Source: a virus. Taken from it: a stretch of 64,000 bases of DNA. The DNA is taken from the IMG/VR virus record IMGVR_UViG_3300050015_000600, positions 12,487 through 76,486 of that record, one strand, 5' to 3'. This document shows, piece by piece, positions 1-10,286 of the stretch. Numbering within the stretch: the first letter of the stretch is position 1; each line of letters opens with the position of its first letter. The notes under the pieces are model-generated. The model was given only the letters and a program-made list of their open reading frames with translations, was not told where the DNA came from and did not search any database. A program made the position numbers and the translations under genes.

Positions 1-36
1 GCCGTCTAACTATATCTATCATCTGTGTAGTTGTCA

Positions 37-441
37 TTATTCCATCATTCCTTGTTCTTCATTACCATAACCCATTTCTTGCGGCATACCTTGCATCGGT
101 GCGGAACCCATTTGTTCCCGAGGCGGCATTTCTCCGCCTTGTGGAGCTTGCATACCCCCGCCGCCCATTGGCGGTTGCATAGATTGCTGCGCCTGCATGC
201 CTTGATCCATCATCTGCGCGGACTTGCCTAACAACTCTAACATCTGTGCGGCTTCGCGCTGTTGCTTCTCTAACTGTATCTGACGGAGCATTATATCCAT
301 CTTCGTTTCTTCTAACTCTTTGCCTTTTTGATGTTGCTTGGCTTGCATAACAGCAAGGTTGAACATCAAAGCGTCTTTGTTCTTCTTGTCCTCTTTGTTC
401 AAAGGCGGCATCTCGTTAGTATTGTTTTCTTGATTTATCAT
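37..441 (-). CDS. Gln/Met-rich hypothetical protein, virion module
   Basis: Co-oriented with the head genes; AGGA upstream; low-complexity C-terminus. Confidence 0.55.
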   Translation of the reverse strand: MINQENNTNEMPPLNKEDKKNKDALMFNLAVMQAKQHQKGKELEETKMDIMLRQIQLEKQQREAAQMLELLGKSAQMMDQGMQAQQSMQPPMGGGGMQAPQGGEMPPREQMGSAPMQGMPQEMGYGNEEQGMME

Positions 442-453
442 TGTTATTTCCTA

Positions 454-741
454 TTATGTTGGAGTTTCTTCTGGTGTTTGTTGGTCGCCAGCTATATGGA
501 ACCAATCTGCTTCTGTGTCTATTCCTATTGCCATATAAAATTCTTTACTATATGTATCATACATAAAATCACCTATTTTGTTAGGCGTTGTAAGCGGCAA
601 ATCTACATTCGCATGTTCTTCATCACTTGAATCATAAGTATATGTTATAGGTATTCTGCTTTCTAATTTTAAAAGCCGCTCTAATAAATCCAAATATTCT
701 TTCTTGAATGCCCGCTCAAGTTCTATTAATGACATATTCAT
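454..741 (-). CDS. hypothetical protein
   Basis: Tightly packed in the late operon, GGAG upstream. Confidence 0.55.
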   Translation of the reverse strand: MNMSLIELERAFKKEYLDLLERLLKLESRIPITYTYDSSDEEHANVDLPLTTPNKIGDFMYDTYSKEFYMAIGIDTEADWFHIAGDQQTPEETPT

Positions 742-762
742 GCCACGCTCCGTCTATATTAT

Positions 763-1140
763 TTATTCGTATTCTTTGTCATGTGAAGTGAGATAGCGTC
801 TTTCATACTCTTGTTCGCGCACGATAGATTCGGGAAGTTTATTCTCGTATATCACTACATCAAACAAATCTGTATTTCTTAAGAAATCTATCTGGCTTTT
901 ATTGTTCGTGAGGTATGCGCCTCTTTTGAACATAATTTGTTCTTCATCGCCGGTTTTAGTATTTTCATACTTGATCGTTGTTTCGTAATCTGTCGAACAG
1001 AATATTACTTCTTCGTAAGGCTTTTTGTTGGGTGCTTTGTTAGCTTCCCATTGCTTTTTCACGTATGCGTAATCGTGATTTTGAGCTATATGCGATAAAG
1101 TGTTCTTTACCTTGCTCAGTTTTATAAAATTATCCGCCAT
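763..1140 (-). CDS. hypothetical protein
   Basis: AAGGAG SD upstream; late operon. Confidence 0.65.
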   Translation of the reverse strand: MADNFIKLSKVKNTLSHIAQNHDYAYVKKQWEANKAPNKKPYEEVIFCSTDYETTIKYENTKTGDEEQIMFKRGAYLTNNKSQIDFLRNTDLFDVVIYENKLPESIVREQEYERRYLTSHDKEYE

Positions 1141-1182
1141 AGTCGTTGCTCCTTGTATGTTTTAAAATTATATACGGTATAT

Positions 1183-1416
1183 CTATACCTTTTTTGTTTT
1201 TGATTCGAGCATATTCTTAATTCTTAATCTGCCCTGCTCGTTATTTATAGGCTTTGTTGTATCTGTCTTGGTAGTGTCGCTGGTAGTTTTAGTTGTCGAA
1301 TCCCATTTCTTGGTCATTTCGTAGCCTTTCTTTGGGTCTCCGCCGGTTTTCTGGTATTTCCAACTGCCGTCTGCGTTCTTCTTGTTAAACTTGCCTTGCG
1401 CTGTTATGTCTGCCAT
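1183..1416 (-). CDS. small basic Lys/Thr-rich protein
   Basis: AGAGGA SD upstream. Confidence 0.55.
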   Translation of the reverse strand: MADITAQGKFNKKNADGSWKYQKTGGDPKKGYEMTKKWDSTTKTTSDTTKTDTTKPINNEQGRLRIKNMLESKTKKV

Positions 1417-1428
1417 GTCATCCTCTTT

Positions 1429-1458
1429 AAATAAAAGGGCGAGGACACCCCGCCCTTG
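1429..1458 (-). terminator. intrinsic terminator after the capsid-adjacent gene
   Basis: AAGGGCG/CGCCCTT stem followed by a T-run on the minus strand. Confidence 0.7.
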
Positions 1459-1473
1459 ATTCTAAACAATTAA

Positions 1474-2190
1474 CTATATACTAGTATCTGTGCCTTTGCT
1501 TACATAACCATAGAATGTATCGTCGGCTGTGCCGGAAGTATTACGAGGTTCGTAACCTTGTTCCGCAGTCGGATCCCAGTAGTTCAAGAAATCGTCAGGA
1601 TTCATAGTCTTGGTGATTTTAAATGCTTCGGAATAATACGGATTGCATCCATCAACTAATGCCAAAGGCAATGTTAATGCAATAGTACCGTCGCCGCTTG
1701 CATCGCCTGTACCAACACTCATAAATACTTGGCCGGTGCGGTATGTTGAAGTACCGTATGTTACTGAACCGGTTTCTACGCTGTACCATGCACCGCTTGT
1801 GCCTGGAGTAACACCTGCCGAAGCATCCAACAAAGGAGCTTCGAAGAATGTTGAACCATCCCATCCGCTTCTTAATGAGCCTAATGTAGCACCTGTAGCA
1901 GTAGTCAATGTTAATGTACCCATACCTACTCTCTCCGCGCGTGATGTCCAAGTAGTACCTGCGGTATTGCCCGATAAGTCTGCCGGACGGATGAACATTA
2001 AATCGCTGTAGAATGTTCCGCTCTTGTCGAAAGCATCTATTACATAACCGGAGGTTGGTGTTCCTGTGGCTGAGTTGCCGTCGCGTGTAGTATTATCGCC
2101 AACGGTTAATACGCCGTTGAAGAAAATGTGGCGGCTTTGACCTTCTTCGGTCAACAGCATCAAACCTGGGTTTACTGAAATATATCTCAT
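1474..2190 (-). CDS. putative capsid decoration/minor structural protein
   Basis: Directly after the MCP, AAGGAG SD, Gly/Thr/Ser-rich, followed by a terminator. Confidence 0.55.
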   Translation of the reverse strand: MRYISVNPGLMLLTEEGQSRHIFFNGVLTVGDNTTRDGNSATGTPTSGYVIDAFDKSGTFYSDLMFIRPADLSGNTAGTTWTSRAERVGMGTLTLTTATGATLGSLRSGWDGSTFFEAPLLDASAGVTPGTSGAWYSVETGSVTYGTSTYRTGQVFMSVGTGDASGDGTIALTLPLALVDGCNPYYSEAFKITKTMNPDDFLNYWDPTAEQGYEPRNTSGTADDTFYGYVSKGTDTSI

Positions 2191-2202
2191 GTTGTTATCT
2201 CC

Positions 2203-3558
2203 TTACACAAACGCTTGTGAATTATAAGTTTTGAGTAAAGCGTGATGTTGTTCCAAATGGAAAGCAATAGTGCCTTGCCATTCTATCATCATTTTCTTAT
2301 CGCGTTCATTTGCTAATGTGTAATCTTTTGTTTCAAAGTCTTTTACAACTCTTAATTCTTGCTGTGAAGGATCAATCACGGCCAACCAGTTAGTCATTTC
2401 TGTCTGTGGTTGGAAGATATTGTTTGCTTGAAGCAAGCCTAATTTAAATCCGCCTGGGATTAAATAAGATTCAATATCTAAACCAAATGATTTGCCCACG
2501 TCCTCCGGTGAAAGACCTGTAGTTCTGCGATAGTCTTTGAAGCTATTAGCAAAATTCTTGTTTAACTGTTGTCCAATCAAACCAATTTTCTTGTTGTCTT
2601 CGCCGAAACGGAACCCTTGGTCAAGCAAGAATGATTGTATCATCATTTCATAGTCTGTGACTTGGAACGGATTGTAGTAAGCGACATTGGTTTTTACTGT
2701 ATTCAAGAAGCCATTCATGTGAAGCTCTGTTCTCTTACCGGTTCCGTCTATAGAACGTTTACCGAAGAACATGTTCTTTTCAATAGCGTCTTTGAATTTT
2801 TGCCACGATTTTTCAACTTGGAAATCCCAATCCGGTTTTGTCAGTTTGGTTTGAATCCATGCGTATTGATCCTCTGTCATCTCGACTACTGCTTCTTGGT
2901 GCTCTACGAAGTTACAGTTGTACATGATGTCGAACTGTTGCCCGATAGACTCAATCTTTTGCGATTCTACCAAGGTATGGCCGATAAAGTTTACGTAATT
3001 AGTAGTAATTTTCTTCAAGCCGAAAGGTTTGATATTCTTTACTACGATACAGCCTTCTTTACAAGTGCTCACCATTGCCTGTCCTGTCACACCTGTGCCA
3101 GCTACGCTGTCAGGCACTAATTCAGGTGCAGTATGGTTATCGCCAAGGTATTTAACCGCTGTCGGGGTCATAATTACTTCAACTACATCGTCAGTGCCAT
3201 GGATATAGAACTTATCCTGTGGTTGCCAAATCATTGATCCTTTTGTTTCAGGGCGTGTCAAGCCTGCTAATTCAATCAAAGCGTATCTTTCCCAGGCTAC
3301 CGCTGTCGCTTCGCCCATCGTCGCTTGATTGATTTTGTCCAGTGAGTTCCAATTATGATACTCGCGTACCACAACTTTTGTACCTTTAGGTTTCGCGCCT
3401 CTTTTGAGGATTGAACTCGCTAAGGTTAAGAATGGTGTTCTCTGATAGTTCAATTCCCGAATATCTGAGGATATATCCTCAAATACCTCACGAGGATTCG
3501 CGGAGGTAGAACTTCTCGGATTTGCCACCCTTACTTTGTTGTTATATTCATTTTGCAT
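2203..3558 (-). CDS. major capsid protein (SU10-MCP/DUF5309-like)
   Basis: 451 aa after portal and scaffold; N-terminal REVFEDISSDI...TPF and IEKNMFFG motifs resemble SU10-type MCPs. Confidence 0.8.
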   Translation of the reverse strand: MQNEYNNKVRVANPRSSTSANPREVFEDISSDIRELNYQRTPFLTLASSILKRGAKPKGTKVVVREYHNWNSLDKINQATMGEATAVAWERYALIELAGLTRPETKGSMIWQPQDKFYIHGTDDVVEVIMTPTAVKYLGDNHTAPELVPDSVAGTGVTGQAMVSTCKEGCIVVKNIKPFGLKKITTNYVNFIGHTLVESQKIESIGQQFDIMYNCNFVEHQEAVVEMTEDQYAWIQTKLTKPDWDFQVEKSWQKFKDAIEKNMFFGKRSIDGTGKRTELHMNGFLNTVKTNVAYYNPFQVTDYEMMIQSFLLDQGFRFGEDNKKIGLIGQQLNKNFANSFKDYRRTTGLSPEDVGKSFGLDIESYLIPGGFKLGLLQANNIFQPQTEMTNWLAVIDPSQQELRVVKDFETKDYTLANERDKKMMIEWQGTIAFHLEQHHALLKTYNSQAFV

Positions 3559-3601
3559 GTAATTTATCCTCTCCTTTGGTTTGTTTTTAAATTCATGCTA
3601 A

Positions 3602-4417
3602 TTAAAATAGATTGTCTATTCTTTTTTGATTTTCTCGTCTTGCTTCTGCCGGCGTCATCTTTTCCCAGTCAACGTCTTTCTCTTTTGTTGTCACTTCTTG
3701 CGCGGCAATTGTCTTTAATACATTGGGAATGCCAGCCTGTTTATTCATTTTGCTTGCCGCTGTTTGTTTCGTGCCTGGTATCTTCGTCTTTGCCGCGTCA
3801 GGGAAAGCGGAGATTAATAATCTCGCTACCATCTTCTCTGTCATAGGCAGTACCGGCAATCCTAATTTTACGCGTTCCCGTACCTGTTCGCCGTATAAAT
3901 CGTCATACGCGCGGGACAATACATCTATGTTGCCAGTGCTCGCTTCTACGCCCGCCTGGCTCATTTTTTCTATAATTATCTGACTATTCTTGTCAGTAGT
4001 AGATTTCTCCACTTGCTGATTTTTCATCGCCGCTAATTCATTCTGCATGCGCTGTAATTCTTTCTGTACCTTTGGCGGTAGCGGTTCTTCATCTTCTTGC
4101 GCCGGTTGCCCGTCTGTTTCTAAGTGAATCTTAAATAACGCCTCTAAAATAGTCTTATCGTCGTATCCTTCTGCTCTGTAATGCACTATATCCTGCATCA
4201 CTTTACTTCCCGCGTAAGCATCTACTATAGCATCTAATTGATTGCTCGCTTGCTTCGGTGTTGCTTGTGCCGCTGGCGTTTCCGGCTGTATGCCGAAATT
4301 TAAACCAAAGAACGTTAAATCACTATCGTCGTCTTCTACTTCCAGCTCCGGTTCTTCGATCTCCGGCTGTTCTAATTCAGGCTCGTTTTCCAAGCCATTT
4401 TCTAATTCATCTTCCAT
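3602..4417 (-). CDS. capsid scaffolding protein
   Basis: Acidic N-terminus and coiled coil, between portal and MCP; start moved to ATG 4417 behind an AGGAG SD. Confidence 0.65.
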   Translation of the reverse strand: MEDELENGLENEPELEQPEIEEPELEVEDDDSDLTFFGLNFGIQPETPAAQATPKQASNQLDAIVDAYAGSKVMQDIVHYRAEGYDDKTILEALFKIHLETDGQPAQEDEEPLPPKVQKELQRMQNELAAMKNQQVEKSTTDKNSQIIIEKMSQAGVEASTGNIDVLSRAYDDLYGEQVRERVKLGLPVLPMTEKMVARLLISAFPDAAKTKIPGTKQTAASKMNKQAGIPNVLKTIAAQEVTTKEKDVDWEKMTPAEARRENQKRIDNLF

Positions 4418-4418
4418 A

Positions 4419-6407
4419 TTATTGTTGCTCCTGTAATACACTATTTATCTCTTGTTCACTTGGAGTTTTTGCCTGCATAGCCGCCAACTCCTGCTGTGAT
4501 TTTACTAAATCTTCTTTTGCCATCTCTATATCTTCAACGGCACTTTCTATTTCTTCTTTTTGTTTTTCGACTTGTTTTAACTGAGTACGCAGATTGCTGT
4601 TCTCTACGCCTTTCAGTAGTTTTTGATATTCCATTAACTGCGCTTGCAATTCCGAATACTTCTTGCTTAAGTCTAAATCTTTTAAAAGTTCTTCTTTCTC
4701 GGTCTGCGGGAAGTCCGATAGTTTAAGCATTATCGGCATCCATACGTAAGGTGAAATCGCTCCGCCGGAAGTTTGCAATATCTTAGTCAATTGTTCTAAG
4801 TTTTGCTGTTTAACTGTTGCGCTGTTTACCGCCTCGTCAACAGTAATATCTACTTTTAATTCACGTAATGTGTCTAAGAAACCATCGTCTAAATTAACTA
4901 TATCTATGTCTGTCTGCCCGACAACACGCATTATCTGCGCTTCGCTCATATAATTCTTAATCCACCATACCATACGCAAGGCTACATTCTTTTTCCAAAG
5001 TCTTAGGTTATCATACATCGGAAGTCTAGCCAACCCGCCTTGTTGTGCGCGTATAGCTGCTGCCTTACCTGATTCACTTGCGCTTTCGCCAGTACCATTT
5101 AAGTTACTGCCTCCGGCGATAGATTCTATTGCTGATGTTGATAATTGAATACCCGCGAACATTTCAGGATTAACCTGTATGTTCGGCAACGGACGCAATG
5201 CTTCGTGATTCATAACCGGAATAATAGTAGCTGTCTTACTCACTTCCGCGCGTAAATCTTCTAGCGTAAAATCCCTTCTTAACAAAGTAGTAATAACACT
5301 CATACCTTGTTTCATCTGCTTGCCGACTTGCAAATCCCATTGCGATAACATTCTGTTTATCATAGTCTGCGGATGTATCATATCGTTTACTACAGCGGTG
5401 TAATCACCATCATCATCGTAAGCGCAATACACTACATAAGGGAAATCATTCATTGCCGTCATATAGGCGCGTATTACTTTGTCGCCTACCATTATAGTCT
5501 GATATATTCGGTTTACTTGTTGGCTATGTATTTGAACAAGCTGGCTGCCCTGTTCGTCGTATATCGCTGTGCCGTCGGCTGTGTATTGAGTTATCAACCC
5601 GTCAAAGAAATCCGTAGCTTCTGTTTCGTCCGAGAACTTTGTTATGTTGCCGGCTAATTCATCGCTCACTAACCATTCTAATACCATATAGCGTTCATAG
5701 TGCTCAAATATGTCCACCATCTCGTTATTCCAGCGCGCTAAAGCATCTACTTCGCGGTTAGTTTTCTCGTTATATACAAAACCGTCAGGCGATCCTTGCG
5801 CGTATATTTCTTCTACTTTGTCAGGGAATAACGTTCCGGCTTCTTTCTTTGTAGTATGCTGTACTCTGCCCATCCAAGAACAGTCCGACTTGTCTTTTTT
5901 CTTTGAATTTAAGTCCCAATATAATTGGTTGAATGGTATTTTCTCTACAAAAGAATAACCAAAATCAAGGTCTTCGCTTTCCCATCTTACCGAGCAAGCT
6001 CCAAAACCTTTGACTACGCCGTCTTCAAAGACTTCCGTCTCCACAATGTCAATGTCTGAGTTTTGCTCAGTCCATTTTAAAATATGTTGTAATAATTCCA
6101 CTTTGTTTTCATCGCCTGGTTCGCGCGGAAGCAATTTAACATCCATACGAGTTTGTATCTGCGTACCTATCATGTGGTCAACGTATCTCTTTATGTAGTT
6201 AAATACATACGCTATACGCTGCTGTACTTCGTGCAAATGTTTCTCTTGGTCTGTCCACTGATTACCCTTGCGCCACTCGGCGTTTCTATGTCCTATTCTT
6301 TGTTTAGCATGGAAAGCGTCACGCACCTCGTCAAAATCCTTTCTGACTTTTGTTCTGCGCGCTTCAACGTCTTTCGTATCTATTATATTTTTATTTACTA
6401 ATTGCAT
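4419..6407 (-). CDS. portal protein (P22/SU10-like)
   Basis: 662 aa after TerL; G.QW, FNYIK, EVFEDGVVKGFG and ESGKA motifs; C-terminal coiled coil. Confidence 0.85.
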   Translation of the reverse strand: MQLVNKNIIDTKDVEARRTKVRKDFDEVRDAFHAKQRIGHRNAEWRKGNQWTDQEKHLHEVQQRIAYVFNYIKRYVDHMIGTQIQTRMDVKLLPREPGDENKVELLQHILKWTEQNSDIDIVETEVFEDGVVKGFGACSVRWESEDLDFGYSFVEKIPFNQLYWDLNSKKKDKSDCSWMGRVQHTTKKEAGTLFPDKVEEIYAQGSPDGFVYNEKTNREVDALARWNNEMVDIFEHYERYMVLEWLVSDELAGNITKFSDETEATDFFDGLITQYTADGTAIYDEQGSQLVQIHSQQVNRIYQTIMVGDKVIRAYMTAMNDFPYVVYCAYDDDGDYTAVVNDMIHPQTMINRMLSQWDLQVGKQMKQGMSVITTLLRRDFTLEDLRAEVSKTATIIPVMNHEALRPLPNIQVNPEMFAGIQLSTSAIESIAGGSNLNGTGESASESGKAAAIRAQQGGLARLPMYDNLRLWKKNVALRMVWWIKNYMSEAQIMRVVGQTDIDIVNLDDGFLDTLRELKVDITVDEAVNSATVKQQNLEQLTKILQTSGGAISPYVWMPIMLKLSDFPQTEKEELLKDLDLSKKYSELQAQLMEYQKLLKGVENSNLRTQLKQVEKQKEEIESAVEDIEMAKEDLVKSQQELAAMQAKTPSEQEINSVLQEQQ

Positions 6408-6415
6408 TTATTTCC

Positions 6416-7867
6416 TTAGTATATTGCCGCCACGGATGCCGTTTCATAAGCACCGTAAAGTAATTTATCTCTTAGCCATTCTATACCGTCGTTTTCGGAT
6501 TTATCGTCTGTTGGATTGAGTGCTGCGTTACGTATTATTTCCTGCATGGTATATGTCGGTAGTTGCAATCCCGATATTACTGCATAACGCAAAGCGTCAG
6601 CCGCATCGTCAGCACCCTTTGTATCCAAATCCATCTTTTTCTTATTATCGGTAGAGGCTACGTATTGTAGCGAAGGTAGAGTAGTAATTAGCGTCTGGCA
6701 GTCTTCGAAGAAATACATCAAAGATTCTTTGCCTATATGTTGTTCGTGGTCTAACCATTGCTTTAATAAAGTCCAGCCCGTCACGCGGTCATTGCTTGCC
6801 GGTATTAATGGCATACCCTCTCCCATAAACAGCATTGCCGCGGACTGATCCGCCTCGCTTCTTCTGTTGCCATTGCCGTACATACTAGGGTCGCAAAAAT
6901 AACCCTGGATTTCCTCATCCCCCGATAATTCTTTTATGTCGCGTATAAATGTTTCTATTGAATGCGAACTTGTGTATTCACGGTAAACATAGGTTTTAAA
7001 ATTTTCTGGATTCTGAGCCAGCCATAAGCACACTGTCGGATGCTCTTTGGTAAAGCCCATGTCTATGCCGCATATTCTTAACCAATCGTCCGGTATGTCG
7101 AAAGCGGGAATAACGTGAATGTTTGCGTTGAACTCTGTAAAATATTGCCCAAAGAAAACATTCCAATCGCCTTCTAACCATGCCCTGCGCTGATGTTCCG
7201 GCAACGCTTGTAGTTTTAATATATAATCAGGGTCATTGTCACAAACGCTTGGATTATCGTAAGCGGAACTAAAAACGTATTTAAACTTATCTTTAAAAGT
7301 CAATTCCGCTGGCGACCAACGGCTATAGTCGGGACTGATAAAATGCGTCTTAAACCAATGGTCACTCCTGCCACCTGGATTGCCCGTCATTAAAAGACTA
7401 GGAACAAAGCCAGGGAATCTGTCTGTCTTACGTAAAGAACCGGTTATCTTAACTATAGTGTCCTCTAAATGCGTATTCGCCTCATCAAGCACAGCAAACT
7501 GAAACTCAATACCTAATACTTTTTCCAAATCCTTCGCCGAATCTAACGGCTGAAACTCTATCATTGACCCATTCTGAAAAACAAAAGCGTTGTTCTTGCG
7601 GTCTAATCTATATCCAAAGATTTTTTCAGGGAACATCCATTTCTTGCCGATGAAGTTTTTTCTTAATTCCGGCAGGGTTCTACGAATGACAACACAAGTT
7701 AGTCCTGGATACCTGCAACACAATACCATACAAGCAGCTAACGCCAAATAGCTTTTCCCACCTGACCTCGCACCTCCAAAAAAGATATAGTAGCCAAGCC
7801 CAATCATATCCATGACTTGCCTTTGTTTCGGATGAAGTTTAATATAATCGCTCATCTTCTTAGCCAT
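6416..7867 (-). CDS. terL: terminase large subunit
   Basis: Walker A GGARSGGKS, Walker B LDEAN, TGNPGG coupling motif, nuclease motifs GIDMG and DDAADALRY. Confidence 0.95.
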   Translation of the reverse strand: MAKKMSDYIKLHPKQRQVMDMIGLGYYIFFGGARSGGKSYLALAACMVLCCRYPGLTCVVIRRTLPELRKNFIGKKWMFPEKIFGYRLDRKNNAFVFQNGSMIEFQPLDSAKDLEKVLGIEFQFAVLDEANTHLEDTIVKITGSLRKTDRFPGFVPSLLMTGNPGGRSDHWFKTHFISPDYSRWSPAELTFKDKFKYVFSSAYDNPSVCDNDPDYILKLQALPEHQRRAWLEGDWNVFFGQYFTEFNANIHVIPAFDIPDDWLRICGIDMGFTKEHPTVCLWLAQNPENFKTYVYREYTSSHSIETFIRDIKELSGDEEIQGYFCDPSMYGNGNRRSEADQSAAMLFMGEGMPLIPASNDRVTGWTLLKQWLDHEQHIGKESLMYFFEDCQTLITTLPSLQYVASTDNKKKMDLDTKGADDAADALRYAVISGLQLPTYTMQEIIRNAALNPTDDKSENDGIEWLRDKLLYGAYETASVAAIY

Positions 7868-8154
7868 TATATGTCATCCACTAAATCTTCTTGTTCTTTT
7901 GGTTTGTTCAATCGTTTTTCCAAATGGTCTGCATATTTCAATATCGCCAAGTCTGCCTTGATCCTTGTCTCCGGTACTATATCAGGGTCATGTAATACGC
8001 CGTACATAATCATACTGCCTCTCACTAACATAGCGTCTATAAGGCCTTGCGTCTTGTCTATATCTAATACTACAGGCAAATCATTGCTCTGTATCATTTG
8101 ATATAATTTTATCTGTTCGGGCGTCTCCGCGGTATCTGTCAATTTATCTGTCAT
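7867..8154 (-). CDS. putative terminase small subunit
   Basis: Small helical ORF translationally coupled to TerL; call is positional. Confidence 0.5.
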   Translation of the reverse strand: MTDKLTDTAETPEQIKLYQMIQSNDLPVVLDIDKTQGLIDAMLVRGSMIMYGVLHDPDIVPETRIKADLAILKYADHLEKRLNKPKEQEDLVDDI

Positions 8155-8187
8155 TTTGGTAGTAACGGGGCAAGTGTCTATTTATTG

Positions 8188-8217
8188 CAAACATAAAAAA
8201 AAGTTGCTATGAACAAA
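8188..8217 (-). promoter_or_regulatory. Bacteroidota-type sigma70 promoter for the packaging/head operon
   Basis: Minus strand TTTG-N18-TATGTTTG; overlaps a hairpin that may terminate upstream transcription. Confidence 0.55.
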
Positions 8218-8257
8218 CATAACAACTTTTCTTGTGTCTTAGAACCTTAAAATAATT

Positions 8258-8989
8258 CTAGAAGATTGCCGCGGTTTTTGACCACGTATATGTATTTGGA
8301 TACGCCTCGGTCACACTGTATTCTGTAAATCTTCTATAACCGTCGTACCATCTCATGTATTTGCCTTTCGGTTTCTTCTCTAACCCGCGCATGACAGTCG
8401 CGTATTTGCCTCTCTTAAGCATATAGAGATGAATACCGGCTTTAGTGTAGGCTCTGTATAATTCCCGCCAAGGAGGCAGGCTGTCGCATTGTTTTAATTC
8501 GATAGCCATACCGTAGGCGTGTGCGTACATGTATCGTAAATGCTGCATGCGGGAAGTATCAACATAGAACCCGCAGGTTATCTCAGGATAATCGTAATTA
8601 GCGTAAAGAAAATCTAATAACTTTTGTATCTCGTCGTTTATTATTATTGCTCTATAAGGTGATTTGTTAAACATCTTAACAGTAATAAACGATTTCTTGT
8701 TGCCCGCCAATACTACATCGGCGTCTGTCTCCATATTGTATATTCTGTAATGCTTAGGCTTCCGGTTCACCTTGCGGTATAAACTGTCGATATAGCCTGC
8801 TTTAAGGGCTATATTCCGTACTCCCCTGAGCATAGTTCCTAAGCGTTCACCTGCTGAAGTCACTTCGTTGAAATAGAACTTTATAGCGTCTTCTTCCGCC
8901 GCTTTCCATATATCTCCTGCATCGCGAAATGACTGCATTTGCTCTTTCTTCATTTCAGAATCTAAAACTGCTATCGGTTTTTTAGCCAT
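8258..8989 (-). CDS. peptidase M15A-like protein with a degenerate active site
   Basis: PEITCGFY / AHAYGMAIEL / AGIHLY / YATVMRG / YMRW align by eye with M15A P.I.SGYR / QH..G.AAD / GIG.Y / FVHID.R / ARW. Confidence 0.5.
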   Translation of the reverse strand: MAKKPIAVLDSEMKKEQMQSFRDAGDIWKAAEEDAIKFYFNEVTSAGERLGTMLRGVRNIALKAGYIDSLYRKVNRKPKHYRIYNMETDADVVLAGNKKSFITVKMFNKSPYRAIIINDEIQKLLDFLYANYDYPEITCGFYVDTSRMQHLRYMYAHAYGMAIELKQCDSLPPWRELYRAYTKAGIHLYMLKRGKYATVMRGLEKKPKGKYMRWYDGYRRFTEYSVTEAYPNTYTWSKTAAIF

Positions 8990-9176
8990 TGGTTTCTCCT
9001 ATTGTTTTTAGTTGCAATATTTTTAATACGTGTTCTGCGCCTACAAGAAACGCCTCTTTGCGCAATTCTTCTTCGTAACAATCTTTATAGTAGTCGTCTG
9101 CAAATGTCTTTATCTTTTTCAGTTCTTCCGTTTTGTTGATCTTGTTTTTCAGGCGTATCATTTTTAAAATCCCCAT
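8982..9176 (-). CDS. hypothetical protein
   Basis: Overlap-coupled within the operon. Confidence 0.5.
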   Translation of the reverse strand: MGILKMIRLKNKINKTEELKKIKTFADDYYKDCYEEELRKEAFLVGAEHVLKILQLKTIGETNG

Positions 9177-9640
9177 ATAAATGATATTGCATCGCGCACG
9201 TCTTCGTTAGCGCGCTTTATTCCTGTATATTTAGTTACTTTCGCAATTGACCACTTAGCGTTCCCTTTCTTCGGAACGCAGAGGTCATAAGGCACTTCGT
9301 TGCGCTGGCACCATTCCATAATCTTAATGCCTACTCCGTGGTTCATACCCGTGCCTACGGATATTCTATTTTTAACCTTGTTCTTATAACTTTCTTTCGC
9401 CGCGGGCGTAGCATTTTGCATATTTTGCGGTATCGCTGGGTCGTGCCAGTTAGTCTTTGGATTCTCCCAGCCTGCGCCGAGTTTTACTTTTATCTCTTGC
9501 CCTTTTGTCAGTTTCATCTTTTGTAGGTACGCTATTAAATCCCAAAAATCCATAGGAGTTCCTGTAATTTTCTTAGTAATTGTATTGTATTCCGCTACGC
9601 CGTTTTTGCGTAAGTCTGGGTCTATGCCAATGAGTATCAT
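9164..9640 (-). CDS. RuvC-like Holliday junction resolvase
   Basis: N-terminal ILIGIDPD...GVA and C-terminal EDVRDA. Confidence 0.7.
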   Translation of the reverse strand: MILIGIDPDLRKNGVAEYNTITKKITGTPMDFWDLIAYLQKMKLTKGQEIKVKLGAGWENPKTNWHDPAIPQNMQNATPAAKESYKNKVKNRISVGTGMNHGVGIKIMEWCQRNEVPYDLCVPKKGNAKWSIAKVTKYTGIKRANEDVRDAISFIWGF

Positions 9641-10014
9641 TATTCTTCCTTTTTATACATTAAGTTATTATAATCCTCAAAATAAAATACAATTTGATAT
9701 GATTTAGGAACTACCCTAACAATACCATACCTTTTAGCAATTTTGTAGATATTAACCCGATTGCTTAACCTATCTGGCAAAAGCATTAATTCTCCTCGGA
9801 ATTTTTCAAGCGACAGCGTCGATTTATAATTATTGCAACTAGGGCAAGAAGGCACCATATTCGATTCTACATCTCGATGCTTATATTTATCGCCTTTGCC
9901 TCGCTGAAGCGGTTCTACGTGATCTATGTGCCAATTATCACCAAGTACGCAGCCGCAGTAAGCACAGCGTCCGCCGTATTTATTAAAAATTCTTTTTCTG
10001 GTTTCTTTTGTCAT
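9640..10014 (-). CDS. HNH endonuclease
   Basis: CAYCG...HIDHVEP...N.VPSCPSCNNYK. Confidence 0.9.
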   Translation of the reverse strand: MTKETRKRIFNKYGGRCAYCGCVLGDNWHIDHVEPLQRGKGDKYKHRDVESNMVPSCPSCNNYKSTLSLEKFRGELMLLPDRLSNRVNIYKIAKRYGIVRVVPKSYQIVFYFEDYNNLMYKKEE

Positions 10015-10286
10015 ACTACCGTTCCTATCTTATTGCAACAATAACTCGGAGCAAATTTTGCTATCACGTTGTCAATTCTCTTGTCCCGTGCTTCTTGGTT
10101 TTGCAGTTTGTTCATTTTACGTACTAAATTATAAATCAATTCTTCGTCTAATATTACCATATCAGGAGTAAATCTCCTGCCTGTGTATTTAGTTACTCTG
10201 TGGTTGTCGAACCAGTCGCGGATAAATTGCTGTTCGATAACGCCGACTCTTGCGTAATACAATGCTCTAAAATGGTGGTTCTTCAT
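10011..10286 (-). CDS. hypothetical protein
   Basis: Overlap-coupled ORF with GAGGA upstream. Confidence 0.5.
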   Translation of the reverse strand: MKNHHFRALYYARVGVIEQQFIRDWFDNHRVTKYTGRRFTPDMVILDEELIYNLVRKMNKLQNQEARDKRIDNVIAKFAPSYCCNKIGTVV

